Shown: piece by piece, positions 47,550-64,000 of the stretch
Position numbering within the stretch: position 1 is the stretch's first letter
Layout: each line of letters starts with the position of its first letter
Source of the DNA: the human T2T-CHM13v2.0 reference genome, Homo sapiens
Assembly (NCBI RefSeq): GCF_009914755.1
Contig: NC_060933.1
DNA: 64,000 nucleotides
Strand: one strand, 5' to 3'
Translations under genes and position numbers: made by a program
The notes under the pieces: generated by a model
The model's database searches: none
What the model was told of the DNA's origin: nothing
Seen by the model: only the letters and a program-made list of their open reading frames with translations

Positions 47550-48445
47550 GGAAGGAGGAGCCAAGATGGCCGAATAGGAACAGCTCCAGTCTACAGCTCC
47601 CAGCGTGAGCGACGCAGAAGACGGGTGATTTCTGCATTTCCATCTGAGGTACCGGGTTCCTCTCACTAGGGAGTGCCAGATAGTGGGCGCAGGCCAGTGG
47701 GTGCGCGAGCCAAAGCAGGGCGAGGCATTGCCTCACCTGGGAAGCGCAAGCGGTCAGGGAGTTCCCTTTCCGAGTCAAAGAAAGGGGTGACGGACGCACC
47801 TGGAAAATCAGGTCACTCCCACCTGAATATTGCGCTTTTCAGACCAGCTTAAAAAACGGCGCACCACGGGACTATATCCCACACCTGGCTCGGAGGGTCC
47901 TACACCCACGGAGTCTCGCTGATTGCTAGCACAGCAGTCTGAGATCAAACTGCAAGGCGGCAGCGAGGCTGGGGGAGGGGCGCCCGCCATTGCCCAGGCT
48001 TGCTTAGGTAAACAAAGCAGACAGGAAGCTCGAACTGGGTGGAGCCCACCACAGCTCAAGGAGGCCTGCCTGCCTCTGTAGGCTCCACCTCTGGGGGCAG
48101 GGCACAGACAAACAAAAAGACAGCAGTAACCTCTGCAGACTTAAATGTCCCTGTCTGACAGCTTTGAAGAGAGCAGTGGTTCTCCCGGCACGCAGCTGGA
48201 GATCTGAGAACGGGCAGACTGCCTCCTCAAGTGGGTCCCTGACCCCTGACCCCCGAGCAGCCTAACTCGGAGGCATCCCCCAGCAGGGGCACACTGACAT
48301 CTCACACGGCAGGGTATTCCAACAGACCTGCAGCTGAGGGTCCTGTCTGTTAGAAGGAAAACTAACAAACAGAAAGGACATCCACACCGAAAACCCATCT
48401 GTACATCACCATCATCAAAGACCAAAAGTAGATAAAACCACAAAG
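47550..48445. promoter_or_regulatory. L1 5'UTR with sense and antisense Pol II promoter
   Basis: CpG-rich; intact YY1 site caagatggccg at 47562-47572; lacks the ~129-bp segment of older L1PA. Confidence 0.85.
47808..47990 (-). pseudogene. L1 ORF0, truncated to 60 aa
   Basis: MAGAPPPASLPPCSLISDCCASNQRDSVGVGPSEPGVGY...VGVT*; the stop falls where the consensus has Arg. Confidence 0.8.
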
Positions 48446-49462
48446 ATGGGGAGAAAACAGAACAGAAAAACTGGAAACTCTAAAACGCAGAGCACCTCTC
48501 CTCCTCCAAAGGAACGCAGTTCCTCACCAGCAACGGAGCAAAGCTGGATGGAGAATGACTTTGACGAGCTGAGAGAAGAAGGCTTCAGACGATCAAATTA
48601 CTCTGAGCTACGGGAGGACATTCAAACCAAAGGCAAAGAAGTTGAAAACTTTGAAAAAAATTTAGAAGAATGTATAACTAGAATAACCAATACAGAGAAG
48701 TGCTTAAAGGAGCTGATGGAGCTGAAAACCAAGGCTCGAGAACTACTTGAAGAATGCAGAAGCCTCAGGAGCCGATGCGATCAACTGGAAGAAAGGGTAT
48801 CAGCAATGGAAGATGAAATGAATGAAATGAAGCGAGAAGGGAAGTTTAGAGAAAAAAGAATAAAAAGAAATGAGCAAAGCCTCCAAGAAATATGGGACTA
48901 TGTGAAAAGACCAAATCTACGTCTGACTGGTGTACCTGAAAGTGATGCGGAGAATGGAACCAAGTTGGAAAACACTCTGCAGGATATTATCCAGGAGAAC
49001 TTCCCCAATCTAGCAAGGCAGGCCAACGTTCAGATTCAGGAAATACAGAGAACGCCACAAAGATACTCCTCGAGAAGAGCAACTCCAAGACACATAAATG
49101 TCAGATTCACCAAAGTTGAAATGAAGGAAAAAATGTTAAGGGCAGCCAGAGAGAAAGGTCGGGTTACCCTCAAAGGGAAGCCCATCAGACTAACAGCGGA
49201 TCTCTCGGCAGAAACCCTACAAGCCAGAAGAGAGTGGGGGCCAATATTCAACATTCTTAAAGAAAAGAATTTTCAACCCAGAATTTCATATCCAGCCAAA
49301 CTAAGCTTCATAAGTGAAGGAGAAATAAAATACTTTACAGACAAGCAAATGCTGAGAGATTTTGTCACCACCAAGCCTGCCCTAAAAGAGCTCCTGAAGG
49401 AAGCGCTAAACATGGAAAGGAACAACCGGTACCAGCTGCTGCAAAATCATGCCAAAATGTAA
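48446..49462 (+). CDS. LINE-1 ORF1p, intact, 338 aa
   Basis: Full length; REKG, ARR and YPAKLS motifs present. Confidence 0.95.
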   Translation: MGRKQNRKTGNSKTQSTSPPPKERSSSPATEQSWMENDFDELREEGFRRSNYSELREDIQTKGKEVENFEKNLEECITRITNTEKCLKELMELKTKARELLEECRSLRSRCDQLEERVSAMEDEMNEMKREGKFREKRIKRNEQSLQEIWDYVKRPNLRLTGVPESDAENGTKLENTLQDIIQENFPNLARQANVQIQEIQRTPQRYSSRRATPRHINVRFTKVEMKEKMLRAAREKGRVTLKGKPIRLTADLSAETLQARREWGPIFNILKEKNFQPRISYPAKLSFISEGEIKYFTDKQMLRDFVTTKPALKELLKEALNMERNNRYQLLQNHAKM

Positions 49463-49498
49463 AGACCATCGAGACTAGGAAGAAACTGCATCAATTAA

Positions 49499-53352
<3,854 letters not shown>

Positions 53353-56300
53353 ACAATGAGATCACATGGACACATGAAGGTGAATACCACACTCTGGGGA
53401 CTGTGGTGGGGTGGGGGGGATGGGGGAGGGATAGAGTTGGGAGATATACCTAAGGCTAGATGATGAGTTAGTGGGTGCAGCGCACCAGCATGGCACATGT
53501 ATACATATGTAACTAACCTGCACAATGTGCACATGTACCCTAAAACTTAAAGTATAAAAAAAAAAAAAAGAATAGCCACCTATTAATGGTGTACATAACA
53601 AATAAAAAAAAAAAAGAAAAAAAAAAGGAAAGCTTAGATCAAAAATCTTAATAAATGGTAGAATGTTGAAAGCTTCTGAGATCAGGAGTACAAGGATGAC
53701 TACTGTAACTACTTCTGTTCAACATTTTACTGGAGGAGCAAGATAGTGCAGTGAGTCAGGAAACAAAACAAAATAAAACAAAAAAAATCAAAAATTACTT
53801 ATTGTAGAGACAGAATTAAAACTATCAAGATGAAATAATTGTGTAAAAATGCAAGAGTTTTTGAATAGGTTATTAGAATTAGTAGATACATTTAGCAAAG
53901 TTCTTCATATTAACTCAGTATACTGAAGTCAATAGCATTCTGTATACCATGAATGATCAGTTAGACAATGGAATTTCAAAGAATTTTATACTTTACAATA
54001 ACTGCAAAATTATCAAGTACACAGGAATCAACAAAAATGAAGTATAAGCCATTCATCAAGAAAATGATGATGCTACTAAAAGGGATTCTAACTAAAAGGA
54101 GGATGTTTCATGTAGTTACAAAGAAAGATATTAATCCCCTTCAAATTTATTCATAGATTTATAGTAAATACAATTCATGTTTAACTTTTTTTAGGATAAC
54201 TGGTCAACAGATTCTACAATTTATTTGGATAAGCAAAGGGCTCCTGAAATATAAAACCACTCTAGAAGAAGAATAAGACTTGTCTTATTGATTTTTAATA
54301 AAGACAGTTTAATATTCATGCAGTAACAGATTAAAAGACCAGTTGAACTAAATAGAAAGCTGAGAGACAAAGCCAGCCTATGTAGAAATTCAACTTTCTA
54401 ATAAAGTTTAATATGTGAACACTCATAAGGAGAGACAGTTTTAAAAATGCTCACAAAATAATTTTCAAAAAGCAAGCAGGCAAACAGAAGCTATGAACAT
54501 TTCAATAGGACAAATAAGGTAGGGTGTATTCATATAATGGAACGCTATACAGCAGTAAAAATAAATTAACTACAGAAATAGATATTAAGACAGATGAATC
54601 TTAAAAACATCATGTTACTTCTTTGGAAGTCATAAGATATATTTTGTATGATTTCACTTATACTGAAATTCAAAACCAGGCAGAATGAAGCAATACATTG
54701 TTTAGGCTTATATCATCAGTAATAAAATCTTAAAGAAAAAGAAAGGAATGATTGTCACAAAATTCAGAGTAGTGGTTCCCTCTGTGTGGGATGAGGGTGG
54801 TAGTGGGGTGAAAGGAGGAAGCTTCTGGTTTATGGGGGTTGTTCCGTTTCTTTAGCCAGGTGTTTGGTACATGGGTATTCATTTTTTTTATTTTTCAAAC
54901 TGTACATATGCATATTATATATTCTTTCTATGTATAATATATTTCAAAATAAGCATAACCATGGATCATAGCAGGATTTGAAATGTGGAAAAAGACACAA
55001 CAGGCAACAGATGACATTTGGGAATGTAAAGGAGATAAGCGTAGCACCCTTTTGCTGCTGGGATTGTGAACTGTAGTTTGCAGTAGCTCAGCTCAGTGTC
55101 ACCACTGAGCTCTTCCTAGTGGATCTTACTCTTTCATAATGGATGATGGATATATCTCTTGACAAGAATGGGGAATCCATGGGTTTGATTCTACAGGAAT
55201 ATCCACCATGGAAAGAGCAATAGGAATACCATACGGGCTTTGCAAAAACCTCAAGATGAAGCCACAAAGGGTCAAACCCACTTGTAGCGCTCTTATAGCA
55301 AGAATGGAGCCAATGTATGTTCTGACATCTTTAGAAGTTAAAATACATCCTGGGTTGCTGGGTGATGAAGGCAGTAAGTCGTACCTAAAGTTTAGCTCTG
55401 AATTGTGTCATAAGTCATTTTTATTACTAATAACTGCAATGCCCATTTTCTAATCATTTAAATTTTGAATAAATTTCGGTGGCTTAAAAGTTTCCTCAAT
55501 GATATGTCCCTGTGCACTGATATCCTGAAATGCTTTCTTGCATGGAAGAGGAGAGGGTAGCATTTCACTTAGAGGTATTATGAATAGTTATTAGGAATCA
55601 GCTTAGTATTCAACTTCTCTGCCAAATATTCTTGTGAAGGAGTGGGTTTCATTACATCTGACTTTGCCCATGGGCAAAATGTCATTGGTCTTCCTTGTCA
55701 TTGTTAAGAGAGTGTTGAGAACTGCTGGGTTGGAATACTACAGAGGATAGAGGAACACCACCAGGCTGCTTGGAAAAATAACTGAACACTTAAATAACCC
55801 CCAAGAGGTGATGTCAGCAAGTGAGACTAAATCTTACTAAGCAGTTGAAAACATGCTGAAGGCATTCTGGAAAGCATTATGGCTATTGCACAGCACTCCT
55901 GTGCGAGTCATGGCTATTAACTAAACACGAAAGACCAAACTGTCAGGCAGCAAACCTTTTCCTTATCTGCTTGTTTTCCAATTTCTCTCAAATGCACCTT
56001 GAAAACTGTGGTACTAAACTGAGAACAGCACAATGGTTGCTTGAAGTCAGTGTTTCTGAAGGCTTCCATTCTCTCTCGCATGGGAGGAGTGGATACCAGC
56101 TGTGTGCCTGAAGGCGAGGCTGTCATGGCAAATCCTTCCTTGCTCACTTCGAAGGATGGCGAGAGTTCTGTTTCCTGAGAATTACCAGTAACTGACAAAT
56201 CCTGCTGGACTCTGGCTATGGATGGGAAAGTTCAGAAGCCATGTGTAAACAGTTGGCACATTGGAAATATTTGCTAAGGAAAGAGCAGACCCGAGGCATT

Positions 56301-56974
56301 CTGAAAAAGTAAGAAGTTTGTGTACTTTATTCTCCGGGACCCAGGCCAGGCGTGTGGAAGACTGATTGTAGAAAAAGGATTATGAAATACTTAGGAACTA
56401 GGAAGTGGCATCGTGTCTATTTTCATTTCCTGAGGCCAGGAGTTCAGGCTACTCACTGCCTCTCAGAAATTAGTTTGCAAAACACGAATGCATGTCTGTT
56501 TCTCTCTCTTTCCTATGTTCTTGTCAAAGTCATTGTGAAACTATTTTCTATTTGTTAAGAAAAGCAAAAGCTGGTTAATGATTTGTAGTTTTGAACACAA
56601 AAAGAAAGTTGGCAAATCTATATATAAGCTTCTTACCCTTTACATTCCAGACATTTTTTTGCTCAAATGGTATATTTATTGATATAGTATCATGCTGTTC
56701 TATATCTTCTTGTTTATAAATAAGTTATCTTTACAAAATTATCCAATTTTGATGCTAGTGAGATAAAATTTACCCATACATTTATTATCATAGCAGACAA
56801 TATCCTATGGATTGTTATCCATATATACATGCAACTGGATATACATTGTTCAGATAACACTGTATTATAATTTTCCATGTTGCTGCATAGTTTTCATAGC
56901 CATCACTTAAAATAGATTATTAAAAATAAAAGTTGTTTAAAGAAAATATTGGCAATGGAGACAATTGGCAATTT

Positions 56975-57066
56975 TTTTAAAAAAAAGAAATGTTGCCCAG
57001 GCTGGTCTGAAACTCCTGGCCTCAAGTGATCTTCCCTCGTTGGCCTTTTGAGTAGCCAGGACTACT
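56975..57066 (-). mobile_element. Partial Alu monomer (FLAM/FRAM) among old L1M fragments (~56700-58900)
   Basis: atgttgcccaggctggtctgaaactcctggcctcaagtgatc. Confidence 0.75.
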
Positions 57067-58430
57067 GGTAATTTTTAAGAATTGTTAGTTATCTGAACAT
57101 ATCTGTACATTTTGCTTGAGTCTATTGTCTATCCATACTCTAAAAATACCATGCAATTTAGTATCTTGTTTTTGGTACTTAACCTGAGAAATTTTCTGTT
57201 ATTACATAATTGTCATATCCCTAATTTTAATGGTTGTATTATATTCCCTTTAGTAGATTTACCAACAATATATTTAAGCATTCTTTCATCATGGACATTT
57301 AGAATATTTCCTCTAAATTGCTACTATAAAAAAGTGATCATAAACATCTTCGTGTATGTAGCTATTTCTTAAACTGGATTGCATCTCTAGGATATTACTG
57401 GGTCAAAGGCTAATCAGTTTTCTGGCTGCAGATGAGTATTGCCACATGGCTTTCCAAAAGTATTGCACCGATTTACATGGCTACAAACATTGCACAAGAG
57501 TTAGCTTCATATAATTCTCAACCTAATAATTATGAATTTAATAGCCCTGTTTTAATTTTATTAAATTAATAGTGAAATTAATTTCTTAATGTGTTTCTGA
57601 CTGCTTTGCCCATTTTGAGAATTATCAGTATACATAGCTTATGTTTTCCTATTTCACTTTTAGAGTAGTGTTTATCTGATTATGTTATATTAGATTTTGG
57701 TATAAGGTTTGCCATGGATATTACTTTTCCTCAGACTTCTTGCATTTTATTTTTTTGACATACTATAATTGTTATTTTTGGCAAATGATCAGTGTTTTCC
57801 TTTGTGATTTCTGTTACTTAGAAAGTCATTTCCTCTCCAAAGAATTGGTAAATATTCAATGCTATACTCTTCTAGATTTTTTATAACTTAAATAAAAGCA
57901 ACTTTTCAAAGTGAAAACTTTGTGGAATGCTTACAATAAACAGATATGAAAAAAAAGGAAATAAAAACAATAAAATAATCAGAAATACTGCTTTCCAGTG
58001 AAAACAATATGTAACATTTTGGTATATATCCTCTTAGACTATTTACACGGTAAATGTATAAAGATCAACATATAATCATATACATTTTACAAAAATGGTA
58101 CTGCATACACAGCATGCACTATTTTGTAAGCTACATTTTTTCCCTAAATTAAGGAAAATGTAACCTAAATATCAGTGACAACAAATGTTTCTTGGAATTT
58201 CAAATGGCTACATGGCAGTCCGTTACATAGAAGTCCAGTAACATATTTAACCATTCCTTCAGCATTGGGCATTTAGGTTTTCTTCTATTACAAACAAATT
58301 TGAACTGAATTGTGTACAAACATTTTTCACTCTTGTCCAATTCCCAGCAGGATGACACCTGGGATCAAAGCATTTTTAAAAAGATTTTTGATTGTCTTAT
58401 CAAATCGTCTTCCCTCCAAAATTGTACTAG

Positions 58431-58782
<352 letters not shown>

Positions 58783-60327
58783 CCTTCTTCTATATTTATA
58801 TAATTCTCATTAATTTTTATCAGATAGGTAAAAGACAATGATGTCTCATTATTTAAATTTTTATTCTTAGAAATTGCATTTTTTTGAGATGTATTATCCA
58901 TTTGTATTTCTACTTTTGTTCACATCCTTAGCCCATTAAGTTTTCCCATTAAGTTTTACATCTTTGTATAATTTGGCTTATAATTTAAAATCTGAGGCAG
59001 AATGCATCCCCCTACCCCCTACCCCCTTCTAGCAGAGTATACTACCTTATAATCAGTTCTTAACCTTAGGATTAAGTGGGAAAAAAAGTATTCTTCAAGC
59101 ACAGAACTTGAAGCACAGAATTCCTGCCATCTGCATATATAAGGAAACCACTCCCCTTTTATCCTGAGTATGGAATTATAATTTCTTTTAAATTGCATGA
59201 GATTGTGGTAACTGTTATCAAATAAAGGTAAAGCTACATTAGTGTAGGGAGTGGCTTTCCCCTAAAAGTGATATTATATTTTTATTTTAATCACATGAGG
59301 AAGAGGGATAGCTCGGAGTCCCAGAAACCAGAATTGAGAGAGAGGATCAAAGTGGGAAGCAGAGGGGGTAGCTGGCCCTTGAGCACTAAGATGTCAAGAC
59401 TATAAGTTGCAGGTGTAAGAATGCCCTGGGTAGGTGGAGAGAAGACAGCGATTATACCTGAACATGGAAGTTCCCAGGGCCGGTGCTAGGTCAGTGAGAA
59501 GGATGCCTGGAATGCCTGAAGCCCTCAGGCAAGTGCAAACACTCTGCCTTGGGAGGAACATTGAGGGTCAGGTTGGAAGCATGGACTATAGACTGCTAAT
59601 TGCCTCCCGATGTGTCGAATAATTGAAGTACCAATTAATGACTGAGCTGATAGCCATCCATGATAAAGACTGTATTCTCCAAGTTCCCTTGCTGCTGTTT
59701 ATGCTCATGTGACTAAGAGAATAAGAGAATGAGAATGAGAGAAGAATGAGAGAAGAATGGGAATGCCCCTTTCTCCTTTTTGCTGCCCACAATGTGGATT
59801 TGGCGGGTGGACCACATAGTGGCCACTGTTAAAGTCCTGCCCGGTTTCCCTTTATTGGGCCAGAACAACCATCCTCCAGCTGTTGAAAGTGTTGACTGCT
59901 AATGGCTCACAGCTGTCCCTTTTCTAGGGAATTATTTTTTTTGGAAGAAGAACAGCAATTTTAAGGTTTCTATCTTGGACTGTGAGCTGGAAACCATGTA
60001 TTAAGGATAATATACAATAAAGTAGAAGGAAGCTCTTTCTCTGATGATTGTGGACTGTCTGCCTCTGGAATTTTTGTATGTAAAGTGCCTTGGAAGTACT
60101 TGAAAACACAGGAATAATGATCACAGCTGATTGGTTTCACTTGTTTCTGTGAGAAGGAAAAACAATATTTCATGTTCTTGCCAGGAATTGTAGGCTCTAT
60201 TCAGCAGAGGATTTTTCTGAGGGTGTCACCTAATAGATGCTTTCAGCAGGCAGAAATTTGACCACCTGACCAGGCATTCAATATAGGGATTAAGCGTGGG
60301 CTTCCATGTACACAGTTAGAATCCTGG

Positions 60328-61346
60328 TGATGCAGGACTTTTCTCGATCACTTTGCCAACTGGGGGCCTCCAGGACTGGCCACTCTCCCTGACCTGAGCC
60401 TCTCTCGGCCATGGGCCTGCCGCTGCAGGTACCCCCCTACTTGGCCCATCTGGGCTATAGCTTGTACCCGCACTAGGGGGTTCCCGAGGGTATTCGTCCA
60501 TTTTCTCACTGCTGATAAATACACACCTGAGACTGGGTAATTTATAAAGAAAAGAGATTTAATGGACTCATAGTTCCATGTGGCTGGGGATGCCTCACAA
60601 TCATGGTGGAAGGCGAAAGGCATGTCTTACCTAGCAGCATAAAAGAGAGAATGAGAACCAAGTGGAAGGGGAAACCCCTTATAGAACAACTGAATGTTAT
60701 TCACAACCATGAGAACAATATGGGGGAAACTGCCCCCATCATTCATTTATCTCCAACTGGGTCTCTCCCACAACATGTGGGAATTATGGGAGCTACAATT
60801 CAAGATGAGATTTCGGTAGGGACACAGCCAAACCGTATCAGTGAGCTCTTGTCCTTCATCCAAGAAGAATGAGGATACACTGACAGTTTGAAGGTTGAAG
60901 ATGGGCAGAGAAGAATTTTATTGAGTAATGAAACAGCTATAAGTGGAGAGGGGACTTGAGGGAGGGTGGTCCCTCACCCCCACAGTTGGGTGGTTTCTCT
61001 CTTCCAGTGTGGCTGGGTCCAGGGCTTTTTATGCACTCAGAAAGGGGAATGTGTGCTGATTGGCTTGTGAGTATGCAAAAAAGGTTAAAGCGAAGACACC
61101 ACTCAAAGGTGGGCACAACAGTGTAGAAAAACCAGTAAGGAAAGGGTAGGTATATGTAAAATAAGTGAAGGGTGGGTACCAATCAGAGGAAAGTGCAGCA
61201 AACGGGAAGACAGGTTCTCAATCTGGTCTGTGGATTTACCCGGGACTTGAAGCTAGGCTTTAAACTGTCTTTGGCTTGAAGGTCGGGGTTTCACTGGAGA
61301 CCCACTCCTAAATGCTTAGGCATTTGTCTGCCTCCTGCCACCATCA
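60328..61346 (-). mobile_element. LTR27-like ERV1 solo LTR interrupted by THE1
   Basis: Minus-strand start tgatggtggcaggaggcagacaaatgcc; TG...CA ends; 4-bp TSD ctgg at 60324-60327 and 61347-61350. Confidence 0.8.
60489..60840 (-). mobile_element. THE1 (THE1C-like) MaLR solo LTR
   Basis: ctgagactgggtaatttataaagaaaag...ggagctacaattcaagatgagatt...gacacagccaaaccgtatca. Confidence 0.92.
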
Positions 61347-62479
61347 CTGGCTCCATTGCTTACTCTCTTGGTGACTTTGACATTTTTTACTTGTAAAACA
61401 GGTCAAATATTACCTGCCAACATAGGGTTGTTATTATAGAATTCAATATGTAAAACATATAATGCCTTCTGGCTATAGGTGGGTATAAGCAGTATAAGTA
61501 AAACCATTTTCCATAAGAATACATTCTTTCTCAGCTTTAAGAAAGGAAGATAATGAGATATTTGAAAACCTTTCAGAAAACCCATTCTAAACTAGCTCTT
61601 TTAGATCAAGAGATGCATTAGCTTTTCTGACAGCTCTTCCCATGGAAGCTTTTTCATGGAAGAAAGGAAACTGGAACTTAAATCGATTATCTTCATGGTT
61701 TGCTGAACCCTTATGAGCTACTTAAAGCGCATCTGAAGTCACCAAGCATTTCTGTTGCCCTCTGAATAGCTTCATGGCCTCCATATGAAGCTACGACTCT
61801 CAGTCAAAATGAAAATCTACACCAAAAGCAAGAGCTGCTGAAATTCTCAAGCTTGACTGGACAAATTTAATTCGAAAGAAGAGTAACTAGTGCTTAGGAC
61901 AAGAAGATTCAAACAGTCCAATGAGGCCACAGGGAAAGGAGACAGTGCAATGGAAGGACAGGCATTAGGGCAACAGAGGTAGGTGGCATGAAGGTCTGAG
62001 TCCCCTGTCTATGAGATTTGCTCTGTACTTGCTGGAGTTCCATCCTGAATATATCATTTTCATTTTACATAAAGTTGTGCTGTGCCTGCTGAATCTTATG
62101 ATTTGGTGGATATAACGATACCAAGCTCATGATGGGGAGCTCTAAGCGCAGAGTCATTTGTGGCTGTTTTTCAACACAGTGGCTGTTTTCTGAGTGAAGA
62201 GTTCTTTGCTAAAGGCCTTGCTCTGGAGCCCTTGGGGCATGTGCTGAACTTTCCTGCTGAGGCTTGTCAGAGACTCCCTGGCACGTCTTATCCACTAGGG
62301 ATGCCTTCATCAACACTGCACATGGCCTGTGTGTGTGGCAGTTTGTACCAGTCTGGATTTGCTTTAGATTCTTCCCTGGTTCTGGCCACATTTGAAACTG
62401 CCAGACTTGTAAGTCACCAAATGTAACCAACACTCTGAGTGCCTGTCCCATACATACTTGGTGTGACTACCCCACCACA

Positions 62480-63330
62480 CATAAATAGCTGCTTATTGTG
62501 AGTACCTGTGGCTCTCTGCAGGAGGGCTTTTTACTGGCTGGGGGAGCATTTGTAGCTCCTGCACCATGAACTCCAGCATTAATGTCCCTAGAAGCAGCCC
62601 ACAAGCAATTGCAGATGGGTTCTTTCCTCCTTCGGGATAATTCTGAGGTGTGTTCTACACTGTCTTCCAGAATTCTCCAGTGGGATTAAGCCTCAGCTGT
62701 CCACAATGGTAATCTGCTTAATAACACACCCCTTATTGGATTTCTTCCCTTTCCTATCTCACATCCTAGGATCCTCTTTCTTTCTTTTCTTTTTTTTTAG
62801 TTGATCCTGGTTTTTTTTTTAAGCAAATGAGACCATGCCAGACACACTACTCTGCACATTGATTATTTCACTTAACAGTATTTCTTGGATATCTTTCAAA
62901 GTCATACTTAAGAAGCTGTCATATTTTTTTCCTGTTTCTACTTTTATTTTAGGTTCAGGGAATACATGTGCAGGTTTGTTACATAGGTAAATTGCGTGTT
63001 GCTGAGGTTTGGTGTACAAATTAATGCTGACATTAGTGCTGGTTTTCCCAGTGCAGAGGCTATGGATGCTCCCCCAGCTAGGACACCATCACCAAGCTAA
63101 TAAGCACAGTTCCCGATACGTAGCCTTCCAACCCAGCTGCCTCCCAGCCTCCCACCTCAAGCAGTTCTTGGTGTCTACTGTTCCCATCTTTGTGTCCATG
63201 TGTATTCAATGTTTAGCTCCCACTTAAAAGTTGAGAATATGTGGTATTTGGTTTTCAGTTCCTGCGTATACACTACTGGTACTCATATCCTGCTCTCAGA
63301 CTCTGCTACTGGGGAACCTAACCTAAGACA
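62480..63330 (+). mobile_element. LTR16-family LTR interrupted by L1 fragments
   Basis: ccagtgggattaagcctcag...cccttattgg...ggggaacctaacctaagaca terminus. Confidence 0.6.
62925..63265 (-). mobile_element. L1PA16-like 3' end
   Basis: acatgtgcaggtttgttacataggtaaattgcgtgttgctgagg...tttagctcccactta. Confidence 0.85.
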
Positions 63331-63539
63331 TCCAATAAATGAATAAAAGCAGTATTCCTATGTGCAGTAAGTGCTGCCTTCACAATCCACGGAGGCCCAG
63401 ATAACACTATGCCTCTTTCTTACTGGTAGAATGTGCAAGCTATAGCAACTAACTCTTTACCTTAGAAGAGATATCCCAGCATAACTCAGACTACTGTATC
63501 TCTTAAAAACTTCATTGATATGGCATGTCTCCAAGACTA

Positions 63540-64000
63540 CCCTACTCTAATCTAGCACATAGGTGATTTCTAGGGCATCTTGCTCCATTGGTCCAATGAA
63601 CACACTGTCATTAATGTAGTGGACCAGCATAAGGTTTGGTGGAATGTCAAGAAGATCAAGGTCCCTGCAGACTCAATTACGATGGAGAACATGAGTTCAC
63701 ATAGCCCTGTGGCAAGATAGTAAATGTGTACTCTTCTGCCATGTAAGGCTAAGGCAGCTCAGCTGTCTTTGATTCTGCTCATTGTTGTGAATTGAAAATA
63801 CTCCCCACATTGGAAGTCACATACCAAGTGCCAGAAGCTGTGTTGCCCTCTCTAGAGAAAATACAACATTTACCAGAGCAGCTGTGATTGAGAGAACTAC
63901 CTGGGTTCCTTTGCAGTAATTCCCCACGATCTGCCACAATTCATCTGGTTTGCAGAGAGCTCAGTTGAGCTGAACAGGGATATGATGAGGGTATGGTTGT
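63540..64000 (-). mobile_element. ERVL internal pol (RT) remnant
   Basis: Minus strand reads YTFTILPQGYVNS and VCRDLDLLDIPPNLMLVHYIND, i.e. decayed ERVL LPQG and YIDD motifs. Confidence 0.85.

Noticed and set aside
58932-58957. 13-bp tandem duplication, plus short repeats at ~59097 and ~59725
   Set aside because: Ordinary slippage products

Overview
Repeat-rich primate (human or great-ape type) genomic DNA. No intact cellular protein-coding gene, RNA gene or CRISPR array can be supported. Almost all long ORFs are LINE-1 derived. Main elements: (1) a young full-length L1PA2-type element (47550-53627, +) with intact ORF1, an ORF2 broken by one 1-bp frameshift, a 13-bp TSD and a short 3' transduction; (2) a decayed full-length L1PA4-type element (13445-19925, -) carrying an AluY; (3) a tail-less, 3'-truncated L1PA5-type element with a perfect 14-bp TSD (9578-11421, -); (4) a twin-primed, 5'-inverted L1 (33126-34562); (5) many Alu, MIR, L2, MaLR/ERVL/ERV1 LTR and DNA-transposon fragments. 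An AluJ at 28567-28866 is flanked by a ~100-bp direct repeat that looks like a giant TSD. The most speculative observation is a chain of 11 phase-compatible, AG/GT-bounded segments on the + strand at 233-8968. It gives ~440 codons with 11 stops and may be the remnant of an unannotated multi-exon gene. Subfamily names come from recalled consensus diagnostics, not from a RepeatMasker run. Boundaries of the old repeats are approximate.
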